Positions 18,876-27,902 of a stretch of DNA of 64,000 nucleotides are shown one piece after another (within the stretch, counting starts at the first letter, position 1; every line of letters starts with the position of its first letter). The stretch is from an uncultured Thermoleophilia bacterium. GTDB taxonomy: Bacteria; Actinomycetota; Thermoleophilia; UBA2241. The DNA lies in NCBI GenBank assembly GCA_963702475.1, contig CAVPCT010000003.1, positions 256,001 through 320,000 of the forward strand, written 5' to 3'. Both the position numbers and the translations under genes were made by a program. Under the pieces are notes generated by a model. That model was not told where the DNA came from, did no database searches, and was given only the letters and a program-made list of their open reading frames with translations.

Positions 18876-21800
18876 GTGGTGGCCGGGACAACGGAGCGCA
18901 GACCAGGCAGCAGAAGCGCACGGGCCGCCACCCTGGCTCTGGCCGCCGTCGCCGTCGCCGTCGTGTCCCTGCTCGCGTGCGCCGGCGCCGCGCACGCCGC
19001 CGTGTGGGTCATCCCCGCCAGCGACCGGGCGTTCCCGGACACGCTACCCGGCCCCGCCGCCACCATCGCCATCGACGCCGCCCGCAACGAGTCCGAGGGC
19101 GCGCAGGTCGTGCTCGCCGGCGACGCGTCGCGCGAGGTCACGTTCTCCTGGGCCGACGGCAGCGACCCGCTGATCACCGGGAACACCCAGCTCCACCAGG
19201 TCTACTACGTGAACATCACGCAGCCGACCGACGGCCTGACCGCGGTGCCCGGCCTCTACCCCGACCCCCTCATCCCGAAGGCGTTCGGCACCCCGATCCC
19301 CGTGCCGTACTACACCACGTCCTTCTACCTGCGCACACACGTCCCACCCGACGCGGCACCCGGGGACCGCACCGCCACTCTCATCGTGCAGAACGGCGTG
19401 GAAGCCGTCGCCATCCCGTTCACCCTGCACGTGTGGCCGTTCGGCTGGCAGAAGCTGAGCACGCGGACCGGGTTCAACGTGAACCCGAATCACATCAAGC
19501 GGAGCGTCGCCGGCTCGTCGCTTGACTGGAACGACGCGAACGCCAGGCGACAGGTCATGCTGGCCACCTACACGATGCTGGCGCAGTACGGCATCAGCTC
19601 CCTCGCCCCTCTGGAGGAGCCCGACACCGCGGCCGACGGCTCCTTCGACGCCGCCGCGCTGCAGTCCGCCCTGGCGCCCTATCTCGACCAGGGCGGTCTG
19701 GGTCTGAACGCCACGCGCATCCCCTGGATACGCACCTCGCCCTGGGTCCAAGACAAGAACTACGGGCCGAGCAGCCCGCAGCTCATGAACTACCTCACCG
19801 AGGTGTGCGCGGTGTACAAGCGCAACGGCTGGCAGGACCAGGCGTACGCCTACATCATGGACGAGACCACCACGCGCGAGACCGAGAAGACGGCCGAGCT
19901 GTACGCGCGCACGCTGCACGCCGCCTCGGCCAGGTCCGGGTACCGCCTCGAGTTCCTGCTCACCGACGACCCGCGTCCCACCGACCTGGGCGGGGTCAAG
20001 CAGGCCAACACCTTTCTGTTCGACGACGTCGACATCTGGGGGGTGCGGTACTTCTACTTCTTCGGCCGCGTCCCGGCGCTGCAGCGCGAGAAGGCGGCCG
20101 GCAAGCAGGTCTGGTGGTACCCGTACTACAACGAGAAGGTCGCGAAGCTCCCCAACTTCGTGATCGAGAAGCCGAACACCGACCAGCGTGTCTGGGGCTG
20201 GCTCATGGAGCAGTGGGACGTGGACGGGCTGATCAACTGGGCGCTGAACCGCTGGGTGTCGGCGACGAGCTCGTCCACGTATCGCGACCCTTACCAGGAT
20301 CCGCTCACCTGGAAGACCGCGGCGCGCCAGGCGAACGGCGACAGCTCGCTGATCTACCCCGGCTACTACCCCGCCTACGGTCTCACCGACCCCTACGCCC
20401 CGCCGGTCTCGTCGCTGCGCCTCGAGGCCTTGCGAGACGGCCTGGAGGACCGCGAGTATCTCAAGTACGCGGAGCGATTGCCGGGCGGCTCGCAGGTGGT
20501 CGCTCGGCAGCTCGCCGCGATCACGCAGTTCCCGTATCCGATCGAGCAGAAGAACGTGTTCCGCTTCCCGCTCTACAGCGACGATCCCGCGGACTACGTG
20601 GCCGCGCGCCTCGAGGTGGGCAGGTTCATCGAGGTGACGCAGGCGGGGATGGGGCCCAAGAGGGGGATCGCGGGCGCCGCGGAGCCGGGGGCCACGGCGC
20701 GGGTCTCGCCGGCGCTCGTCTCGCCGGCTCCTGCCCGATGGGTGACGGCCGCCCGCGGCGCCGCTCCGGCGGCGCCGCCGCTGCTCGCGCTCCAGCGGGC
20801 GCGGCTGACCGGCGGGCAGCCCTCCGCCTATCAGCGACAGGGCGCCGCGGTGGCGCTCGACGGCGACACCGCGCTGGTGGCCGCCCCCGACGAGAGTGCG
20901 GCCGGGCGGCCCTACGCGGGCGCCGTGTCGGTCTTCGTGCGCTCGGCGGGCGGCTGGAGCCTGGCGGCCGAGCTCGTCGCCCCCGATCCCGCGTCGGGCG
21001 ACGGCTTCGGTTTCGCGGTGGCGCTCGACGGCGACACGGCCGTCGTCGGCGCCGAGAACCGCACGGTCGGAGGCAAGGAGCACGCCGGCGCGGCCTACGT
21101 CTTCGTGCGCTCCGGCGGCACCTGGTCGCTGCAGGCGGAGCTGACCGCCTCCGGCGCCGCCGTGAACGACTGGTCCGGGTCCTCCGTCGCGCTCGACGGC
21201 GACACGGTCATCGTTGGCGCCCCGGGCCGAACGGTCGGCGGCCGGCCCTACGCCGGCGCCGCCTACGTGTTCCAACGCTCGGGCGGGGTGTGGACCCAGC
21301 AAGCGGAGCTCACTGCGGCCGACGGCGCCTTCGGCGACGAGTTCGGCCGCGCCGTGGCGCTCTCCGGCGGCACGGCGCTGATCGGCGCCGAGAACCGCGA
21401 CGCCGGCGCCGTGGTCGATGCCGGCGCCGTGTACGTCTTCGCCGGCGCCGGCGCCGGCTGGTACGAGCAGACGCGGCTCGTCGCCCCCGACCCCAGCGCA
21501 CGCGCCGGGTTCGGTTCGGCGCTCGCCGTCTCCGGCGGCACGGCCCTCGTCGGCGCCGGCGGCGCCACCGCCGGCGGGCTGGTGAACTGCGGAGCGGCCT
21601 ACGTGTACACGACGTCCGGGTGGTCGCTGCAGGCGCAGCTCGCCGACCCGGGTCGGACGGCCGGCGACTGGTTCGGCTGCTCCGTCGCACTCGCCGGCGA
21701 CAGGCTCGTCGTCGGCGCCTGGGGCGCGACTGTGACCGGCAGGCTCGAGGCCGGCGCCGCGCACGTCTTCGACCGCGCCGGCGCCGGGTGGCGCCCGGTC

Positions 21801-22265
21801 GCCACCGTCGCGGCCGCCGACGCCGCCGACGGCGACACGCTCGGCTGGTCCGTCGCGGTCCAGGGCGACACCGTCATCGCCGGCGCGCCCGGCAGGACAC
21901 TCTCCGGCCGTCCGCTCGCGGGGGCGGCGTACGTGCACAAGCTCGTGCTCGCGCCGTCGCTCTCGCTCTCCGTGCGGCCCGAGACCGTCAAGGCCGGCCG
22001 CAGCGTGCTCCTCGACGGCATCGTCACCAACGCCGTCACTGGCGCGGAGTCCATCCAGATCTGGCGCAAGCAGGGGTCCAGGATGACGCTCCTCAAGACG
22101 CTGAAGACGGTGGCCGGAGGCGTCTTCTCGTGGTCCACGCGCCCGAAGCAGGCCGGCACCTGGGCGTTCGTCGCGACCTACAAGGCCGGAGGACAGACGT
22201 TCCGCAGTCCCACCGCGACCGTCACCGTGAAGGCCGTCAAGAAGGACAAGAAAGACCGTAAGTAG
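18876..22265 (+). CDS. Large secreted protein: GH123-like/DUF4091 domain plus FG-GAP repeats
   Basis: Signal peptide ending AHA; AARNESEGAQV; GDSSLIYPG...SSLRLEALRDGLEDREY (DUF4091); about 7 repeats of FGxxVALxGDTxxVGA...GAAYVF. Confidence 0.8.
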   Translation: MVAGTTERRPGSRSARAATLALAAVAVAVVSLLACAGAAHAAVWVIPASDRAFPDTLPGPAATIAIDAARNESEGAQVVLAGDASREVTFSWADGSDPLITGNTQLHQVYYVNITQPTDGLTAVPGLYPDPLIPKAFGTPIPVPYYTTSFYLRTHVPPDAAPGDRTATLIVQNGVEAVAIPFTLHVWPFGWQKLSTRTGFNVNPNHIKRSVAGSSLDWNDANARRQVMLATYTMLAQYGISSLAPLEEPDTAADGSFDAAALQSALAPYLDQGGLGLNATRIPWIRTSPWVQDKNYGPSSPQLMNYLTEVCAVYKRNGWQDQAYAYIMDETTTRETEKTAELYARTLHAASARSGYRLEFLLTDDPRPTDLGGVKQANTFLFDDVDIWGVRYFYFFGRVPALQREKAAGKQVWWYPYYNEKVAKLPNFVIEKPNTDQRVWGWLMEQWDVDGLINWALNRWVSATSSSTYRDPYQDPLTWKTAARQANGDSSLIYPGYYPAYGLTDPYAPPVSSLRLEALRDGLEDREYLKYAERLPGGSQVVARQLAAITQFPYPIEQKNVFRFPLYSDDPADYVAARLEVGRFIEVTQAGMGPKRGIAGAAEPGATARVSPALVSPAPARWVTAARGAAPAAPPLLALQRARLTGGQPSAYQRQGAAVALDGDTALVAAPDESAAGRPYAGAVSVFVRSAGGWSLAAELVAPDPASGDGFGFAVALDGDTAVVGAENRTVGGKEHAGAAYVFVRSGGTWSLQAELTASGAAVNDWSGSSVALDGDTVIVGAPGRTVGGRPYAGAAYVFQRSGGVWTQQAELTAADGAFGDEFGRAVALSGGTALIGAENRDAGAVVDAGAVYVFAGAGAGWYEQTRLVAPDPSARAGFGSALAVSGGTALVGAGGATAGGLVNCGAAYVYTTSGWSLQAQLADPGRTAGDWFGCSVALAGDRLVVGAWGATVTGRLEAGAAHVFDRAGAGWRPVATVAAADAADGDTLGWSVAVQGDTVIAGAPGRTLSGRPLAGAAYVHKLVLAPSLSLSVRPETVKAGRSVLLDGIVTNAVTGAESIQIWRKQGSRMTLLKTLKTVAGGVFSWSTRPKQAGTWAFVATYKAGGQTFRSPTATVTVKAVKKDKKDRK

Positions 22266-22281
22266 CCGGACAGGAGGGACC

Positions 22282-23706
22282 GTGGCCCGACCGACCTTCA
22301 CCTACCTCGCCGAGGCGGACAAGGAGTTCATCCACGCGCAGACGGTGCGCATCCTCGAAGAGGTCGGGGTCGCGTACAACACGCCGACCCTGACCGGGGT
22401 GCTGCTGGAGGCCGGCGCCGACGTCGATGCGGAGAAGCTGACGGCCAAGCTCCCGTGGGCGCTCGTGGAGCGGTGCCTCGGTACCGTGCCGCCCACCGTG
22501 CTGCTCGCCGGGCGCGACGCGGCCTACGACTGTGTGGTCGGCGGCGAGCAGGGCATCCTGTACACGTCCGACGGCGCGGCGACCTACATGCTCGACGACC
22601 TCACCGGCGAGCGGCACGCGGGCACCCGGGCGGACCTCGCCCAGATGACGCGCCTGTACGACGCCGTGCCCGAGATCGACTTCGTGTGGGCGACCATCAC
22701 ACCGGGCGACGTGGACGCGCGCGCCGGCAACCTCGAGATGGCGCGCATCACCTTCGACAACTGCCGCAAACACCTGCAGGACGAGGTGCGGCATCCCGAC
22801 CAGGCGCCGGTGTTCGTCGACATGCTGGAGGCCATCGCCGGCGCTCCGCTCAAGGAGCGGCCCATCTGGTCGGCGACCAACTGCACCATCGCGCCGCTTC
22901 AGCACGACGCGGAGATGACCGAGGCGCACATCCTGATGGCTCAGGCCGGCTGCCCGGTGTTCGTGCTGCCCATGCCGCAGATGGGAACGACAGGACCGAT
23001 GAGCGTGCTCGGCACGAGCATCCTGAACATGGCCGAACTGCTGAGCGCCGTGGTGCTGTTCCAGCTCGCGGCGCCGGGCTGCGGGATGGTCTCGGCGGTC
23101 GGCTCCGCCGTCGCCGAGATGCGCAGCGGCCTGTACCTCTCGGGGGCGCCCGAGGATGCGCTCATCAACGTGATCTGCATCGAGATGAGCAAGCGGTACG
23201 GGCTGCTCACGCAAGGCAGCGCCGTGAGCTGCGACGCCAAGGCCTGCAACCACCAGGCCGGTGTGGAGGGCGCCCTGACCGGGCTGGCGACGGCGCTGGC
23301 CGGCGCCGACGTGATGCTCGCCTTCGGCCTGCTCGACAGCGCGCAGACGGCCAGCTTGGCCAAGACGGTGCTCGACGCCGACACCGTGAACGCCATCGAG
23401 CGGTTCCTGCGCGAGGAGCCGGTGGACGAGGCCCGCGCGCTGGTGGACGACATCGTCGAGGTCGGCATCGGTGGTCACTTCCTGGCGCGCCGCAGCACGC
23501 GGCAGTTCACGCGCGCCGGGGAGCTCTGGCAGCCGAACCTCTGGCAGCGCGGGCCCTACGAGCAGTACGTGGGGACGCCGCTCGTCAAGGAGGCCTGGGA
23601 TAGGGCCCACGAGCTTGTCGAGCAGAACGACGTGCCGCCGCTCCCCGACGACCTGCGGCGACACTGCGACGAGCTGATCGCGGGCTATCTGGCGCGGAAG
23701 GGGTGA
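22282..23706 (+). CDS. Trimethylamine methyltransferase (MttB) superfamily, pyrrolysine-free
   Basis: IHAQTVRILEEVGV, QMGTTGPMSVLG, VSCDAK..NHQAGVE, VGIGGHFL; no in-frame stop. Confidence 0.9.
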   Translation: MARPTFTYLAEADKEFIHAQTVRILEEVGVAYNTPTLTGVLLEAGADVDAEKLTAKLPWALVERCLGTVPPTVLLAGRDAAYDCVVGGEQGILYTSDGAATYMLDDLTGERHAGTRADLAQMTRLYDAVPEIDFVWATITPGDVDARAGNLEMARITFDNCRKHLQDEVRHPDQAPVFVDMLEAIAGAPLKERPIWSATNCTIAPLQHDAEMTEAHILMAQAGCPVFVLPMPQMGTTGPMSVLGTSILNMAELLSAVVLFQLAAPGCGMVSAVGSAVAEMRSGLYLSGAPEDALINVICIEMSKRYGLLTQGSAVSCDAKACNHQAGVEGALTGLATALAGADVMLAFGLLDSAQTASLAKTVLDADTVNAIERFLREEPVDEARALVDDIVEVGIGGHFLARRSTRQFTRAGELWQPNLWQRGPYEQYVGTPLVKEAWDRAHELVEQNDVPPLPDDLRRHCDELIAGYLARKG

Positions 23707-23749
23707 CCTGTGCCGCGCCGCCGGTTCACGCCGCGCCGCGAGCGCGAGT

Positions 23750-24106
23750 CTAGCGATGAGGGTCCGGGAGGCTCAGGGCGTGGCACAGAGCCGCGTCGAC
23801 CCGGCTCATCACCTGGGCGTCTGCAACGCCCATGAGCCTCAGCAGCCGACTCTTATCGACCGTGTAGAGCTGTGAGCAGTGCGCCCACGAGCGCTTCGGG
23901 AGTCCGGTGCCAGCGAGGTCGACGAGGAACGGGTACGGCTTGCGCGGCCCCCTCGACGTGACCGCCACGACGACGGTGGTCGGCCCGGCGGCATTGCCGA
24001 TGTCGTTCTGGACGACCAGCCCAGGTCGAACTCCCGCTTGCTCGCTCCCGCGCGCGGGGTTGAAGTCGACCTCGTAGATCTCGCCCCTGCGGGGTGCGGT
24101 CACCAT
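23750..24106 (-). CDS. mazF: MazF/PemK family toxin
   Basis: RRGEIYEVDFNPARGSEQAGVRPGLVVQNDIGN...QLYTVDKSRL. Confidence 0.92.
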   Translation of the reverse strand: MVTAPRRGEIYEVDFNPARGSEQAGVRPGLVVQNDIGNAAGPTTVVVAVTSRGPRKPYPFLVDLAGTGLPKRSWAHCSQLYTVDKSRLLRLMGVADAQVMSRVDAALCHALSLPDPHR

Positions 24107-24336
24107 TCGGGCAGCGTCTCGAGCGCCGCGGGCAGTGACCCCTCGGCCAGTGCGAGCCACTCCACGGCCATCTCCCGGTAGCCCTCTTCCATCAGGGCTG
24201 CCGTCTCCTGATCTCGAAGGCACGCGACGGCTTGCACGATGACCTGGGTCTTCGATTCGTTGCGCTCGGAAGACCGGGTCTCCAGGTAGTCGATCACCCA
24301 CTGGGGAAGACGGAAGTTCACAGGCTTGTTGGGCAT
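24100..24336 (-). CDS. Ribbon-helix-helix antitoxin cognate to mazF
   Basis: KPVNFRLP...LMEEGYREMA; stop overlaps the mazF start. Confidence 0.8.
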   Translation of the reverse strand: MPNKPVNFRLPQWVIDYLETRSSERNESKTQVIVQAVACLRDQETAALMEEGYREMAVEWLALAEGSLPAALETLPEW

Positions 24337-24541
24337 GGCTGAGGCCACGGGGCGACTCCTCGCGCGGCTGGTGACTGCGTGCCGGAGCGTACTCTCACGC
24401 AAGGTAGTTCGCAAGACGCTACGTCAACCGCATATGCACTACGTGCACGGGCAACGCCTGCACGCGCGTTCCGCAGTATGCGACCCCGCGTAGTCTGTCG
24501 TGATCTCCTCGAAGCGGGCACTGGTCGCGTAGCCTGGCTCA

Positions 24542-24751
24542 TGTAGCGTCGCTCGGCTTCGGCAGATCCACTTCCTGTGGCGTCCGCTCCTGCGAGACGC
24601 AGAGGATGACCATGTGCTTGAGCTGGCCGTCGAAGCGGGCTGCGACGCCATCGTCACGCATAATACAAGGCACTTCGAGGCCGCCGCGCGCTTCGGCATC
24701 AGCGCCGTCACGCCGGGCGAGTTCCTGCGGAGTATCGGAGGTCCGGCATGA
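24542..24751 (+). pseudogene. PIN-domain toxin, 5'-truncated
   Basis: IHFLWRPLLRDAEDDHVLELAVEAGCDAIVTHNTRHF...TPGEFL; in-frame TAG at 24530 and no N-terminal half. Confidence 0.8.
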
Positions 24752-24981
24752 GCACCATCAGCCTTCGTCTTCCCGAGTCGTTGCACCGCAAGGTGCGCGA
24801 GGTCGCCAAGGAGGAGCATGTCTCCGTGAACCAGTTCATCAGCACCGCATTGGCGGAGAAGCTCTCCGCCCTCATGACCCTCGAGTACCTGGAAGAGCGT
24901 GCGGCACGCGGCGACCGGGAGCGCTTCGAGCGGGCGATGGGCAGAGTGCGCGACGTGGAGGCTGACGGGGACGACGCCTGA
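24748..24981 (+). CDS. RHH antitoxin (HicB C-terminal-like)
   Basis: MSTISLRLPESLHRKVREVAKEEHVSVNQFI; ATGA overlap with the PIN fragment. Confidence 0.85.
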   Translation: MSTISLRLPESLHRKVREVAKEEHVSVNQFISTALAEKLSALMTLEYLEERAARGDRERFERAMGRVRDVEADGDDA

Positions 24982-25061
24982 GCGGCAGCCCTCTTCGCTG
25001 CGCGCCACGATCGCACGACCCTGAACACAGGCCGCACACGACAGGCCATGCGTGCAGGCCC

Positions 25062-25137
25062 TGGTGGGCCGCACAGGGATCGAACCTGTGACCTTGGGAT
25101 TAAAAGTCCCCTGCTCTACCAACTGAGCTAGCGGCCC
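25062..25137 (-). tRNA. tRNA-Lys (anticodon TTT)
   Basis: Reverse complement GGGCCGCTAGCTCAGTTGGTAGAGCAGGGGACTTTTAATCCCAAGGTCACAGGTTCGATCCCTGTGCGGCCCACCA. Confidence 0.97.
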
Positions 25138-25205
25138 GCCGGGCAGCGATTGTACCACCGCCCCGCCTATGTCCGGACCGGCGGGGCGGGTCGATCGTCC
25201 GACGG

Positions 25206-25673
25206 TCAGCCGAGCGGCGTCTTGATCACCTTGACGTCCCTGACGCCGACCCTTCCCACTCCGTCGATCACCAAGTTCAACTTGACCAAGTCGGCGCGCT
25301 GGCCTTTCTTGAGATGGAACGGCGTCTCGTAGGCGGCCCAGTCGATCGTGCCGCGCACCGCCTGATCGAGGCCCCTCGAGAAGAACTCACCGCGTCCGGG
25401 CAGGCGGCACCACATCTCCAGGTACGCGCGCCCGCTGAGCCCTTGGCTCATCAGCTTCGCCCTGTAGGTCAGACGGCACTGGTCGACCTCGGGGACCGTG
25501 AGCTCGAAGAGGCGCACGGTCTGCTTGCCCTGGGAATCGACCAGCCAGCAGTCGCCCTCCACTGCCACACCCTCCTGCGACAGCGTCGGGTCGCATGTGT
25601 GGAACGCGCGGATCACCTCCTCCGGACCAGCGGGTTCGGGAACCTTACTTCTCGACGTGAACCAGCCGCTCAT
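25206..25673 (-). CDS. Hypothetical protein with beta-sandwich-like composition
   Basis: RBS GGAGG; VRLFE...LTYRAKL...AYLEMWC...EFFSRG...ETPF; family not assigned. Confidence 0.65.
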   Translation of the reverse strand: MSGWFTSRSKVPEPAGPEEVIRAFHTCDPTLSQEGVAVEGDCWLVDSQGKQTVRLFELTVPEVDQCRLTYRAKLMSQGLSGRAYLEMWCRLPGRGEFFSRGLDQAVRGTIDWAAYETPFHLKKGQRADLVKLNLVIDGVGRVGVRDVKVIKTPLG

Positions 25674-25810
25674 CTTCCGCCTCCCGTCGCATCGCGATGC
25701 ATCCCGATGGAAGCTGTATCGGCAGGTCGCTCGCGGCTCGGCACGGTGTGACTGTTGTGGGCGCCGCTGCGACGCTCCCGGTACCTTGACGACACCCAGC
25801 GACGGGTAAG

Positions 25811-26340
25811 GTGGCGGTGGGCGGGGGCTCGCCCATGGACACGGCCGAGTCTATTGGCGTGGTGGTTCGCCACGGTGGGTCCATCGCGCGGTACGAGTGG
25901 GGTCACGACCCGATCACGCAGCGCATCTGGCCGCTGGTCGCAGTGCCCACGACGGCAGGGACCGTGAGCGAGGTGACCTTATGGGCCGTGGTCACCGACC
26001 CCGGCTGCCGCATCAAGTTCAACGCCGGCGGCACTCCGCTCATCGGCCCGCACGAGGCGTTGGTCGCCCCCGAGTTGATGCTGGGGCTGCAGCCGGCGAT
26101 CACCGCTCGGACGACTCTTCTCATCGCAGTGGTACTGGCGCTGCCGTATCTCGTCGTAGGCATCTTCTCCGACGGGCTTCACGCCGGCCGGCTCGTGCAG
26201 GGCGGCATCGTGCTGCTGGTACTGGCCGGAGCGGCTGCGGCGTTCATGGCGGTGAAGGGCCGCCGCTTGGACGAAACGCAGGACGAACGCCAGGACTTCA
26301 TCCTGGGTAAGGCCATGCGACTCTCGTTCTGGGTGTGGAG
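25811..26340 (+). pseudogene. Chimeric remnant: iron-containing alcohol dehydrogenase fragment joined to a membrane-protein fragment
   Basis: VAVGGGSPMDTA...PLVAVPTTAGTVSEVT...PELMLGLQPAITA (Fe-ADH core), then TM helices and DERQDFILGKA. Confidence 0.65.
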
Positions 26341-26363
26341 CCGTAGTGTCCTGAGGGCGGCGA

Positions 26364-26555
26364 CCCTCAGCGTGGCGTCCAGGGTCAGCGTCGAGACAGG
26401 TCGAGGGTGGCCTTGCGGCGGGGTCGTGAGCGTACTTGTCTGGGTCTCAACGACAGCGTGAGAGAATCCGGGTCCCGAAGCCCTTGCGCCCTTCGGTGAG
26501 AGGCGTATGATGCGCCTACCTCACGTCGCGAAGGTTCGCTGGACCGGCACTGAGG
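26364..26555 (+). ncRNA. Structured ncRNA candidate, possibly 6S RNA-like
   Basis: About 190 nt closed by CCTCA..GTG..GTCCAG / CTGGAC..CAC.TGAGG; internal helices; TAGTGT -10 at 26344-26349; followed by a terminator. Confidence 0.45.
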
Positions 26556-26574
26556 CGCTCGGGTGAGAGGCCCG

Positions 26575-26612
26575 AAAGAGCCGCCCGCCGCAAGGTGTGG
26601 CGGCTCTTTTTT
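26575..26612 (+). terminator. Intrinsic terminator
   Basis: AAAGAGCCGCC...GGCGGCTCTTT stem running into a T6 tract. Confidence 0.8.
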
Positions 26613-26648
26613 CGCCCGGCGGCGCGAGCGCGAACGCTCAGCGCGTCG

Positions 26649-27902
26649 TCAGCCCGTCCAGTCGGCGCGCGAGAGCGCGAACAGCACCTGGTCGTCGCGC
26701 GGTGGCAGGCCGTCGTGGGCGTCGGGCTCGACACGGCCGTCGCGCCCCTTGCCGGGTTCGGCCGGGAGGTAGCCGCGGAGCAGGCCCTCGCGGCGGAACC
26801 CGGCCTTGAGAGCGAGGGCCTGGGACGCCGCGTTGCCGGGGTACGTCATGATCTCGAGGCGCTCCAGGCCGACGACTTGGAAGCCCCAGTACACCACGAG
26901 CCTGACGGCGGCCTCGGCTACGCCCTGGCGCCTGACCTCGGGCGTCATCCAGTAGCCGATCTCGCCGGCCTGGCGGGCCGGGTACAGGTCCAGGCTGATG
27001 CTGCCGAGCAGGCGGCCGACCGGAGCCGCTTCGCCGCCGGGTGCGGCGCCGCTCGGGATGCCGCCGGCTGTGCCACCGGCGGCCTCGGGGGCGGCTTCGT
27101 CGCCCGGCGCCTCGGCGACTGCCAGCCGCGCCCGCGTGCCGGCGGCCAGGCAGCGCCACGAGTCGGCGATGAACGCCTCGGCGTCGGCGAGGCTGTACTC
27201 GAGCGGGACGCCGTAGATCCAGTGGGCGATGGCCGGGTCCAGGCAGGCGGCGCGGACGGCAGGGACGTCCGCCGCCTCGAACGGCCGCACCAGGACCCTG
27301 CCGTCGGTGAGCCGCGCCGCACCGAACGGCGCAGGCCGCGGCTCGCGCGGATCGGTGCGCGTCATGCCGAGGAGCACGTCGTCGCTGCGGCGGCCGCGGA
27401 CCGCGAGGTACCCGCGCATCACGCCCTCGCGGCGGAAGCCGGCCGCCGCGGCCACCCGCTGCGAGCCGATGTTGTCCACGTCGGTGGTCAGCTCGAGTCG
27501 CTCCAGCTCGAGCTCGTCGAAGGCCCAATCCCTGACGAGGCGCACGGCGGCGCTCATCACACCCTGGCCCCGCGCCCACGGCGCGCACCAGTAGCCGATC
27601 TCCCCGGCTTGGCGCACAGCGGCGACGTCGAGCGAGATCATCGCCAGCGGCGCGTCGTCCCCCGCGTTGACGACCGTCCAGTTGGCGATGAGCTCGCGGT
27701 CCCAGAAGTGCTCGTTGTACGCGAGGAACTCCATGAAGTCGCTCTCGTCGTACGGGAACGGCACGCGGTAGCAGAAGCGCTCGACGAGGCCGTCGTTGCA
27801 GGCCTTCACGACGGCCGCCTTGTCCGACGCGCGCAGACGTCGCAGGCGGATACGCCCGTCGCTCAGCTCGGGCGGGTGCGTGATGTCGCCCAGGTCCTTC
27901 AG
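26649..27902 (-). CDS. Tandem-domain GNAT acetyltransferase (RimJ/RimL type)
   Basis: Two copies of GEIGYW...RxQGV...NxxSQxxAxxAGFRREG; frame stays open to a CTG overlapping the purH stop, start uncertain. Confidence 0.85.
   Translation of the reverse strand: MKDLGDITHPPELSDGRIRLRRLRASDKAAVVKACNDGLVERFCYRVPFPYDESDFMEFLAYNEHFWDRELIANWTVVNAGDDAPLAMISLDVAAVRQAGEIGYWCAPWARGQGVMSAAVRLVRDWAFDELELERLELTTDVDNIGSQRVAAAAGFRREGVMRGYLAVRGRRSDDVLLGMTRTDPREPRPAPFGAARLTDGRVLVRPFEAADVPAVRAACLDPAIAHWIYGVPLEYSLADAEAFIADSWRCLAAGTRARLAVAEAPGDEAAPEAAGGTAGGIPSGAAPGGEAAPVGRLLGSISLDLYPARQAGEIGYWMTPEVRRQGVAEAAVRLVVYWGFQVVGLERLEIMTYPGNAASQALALKAGFRREGLLRGYLPAEPGKGRDGRVEPDAHDGLPPRDDQVLFALSRADWTG

Noticed and set aside
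20820-21940. Long imperfect DNA repeats as a mobile or non-coding repeat
   Set aside because: Explained by FG-GAP protein repeats.
19044-22301. 1085-aa minus-strand ORF and similar long antisense ORFs (e.g. 51267-53213, 53863-55773, 56719-58506)
   Set aside because: Shadow ORFs typical of high-GC DNA, opposite well-supported genes, with no motifs.
26364-26555. SRP RNA, RNase P RNA or tmRNA
   Set aside because: Lacks CAGGTCCGGAAGGAAGCAGC, GAGGAAAGTCC and tRNA-Ala-like ends.
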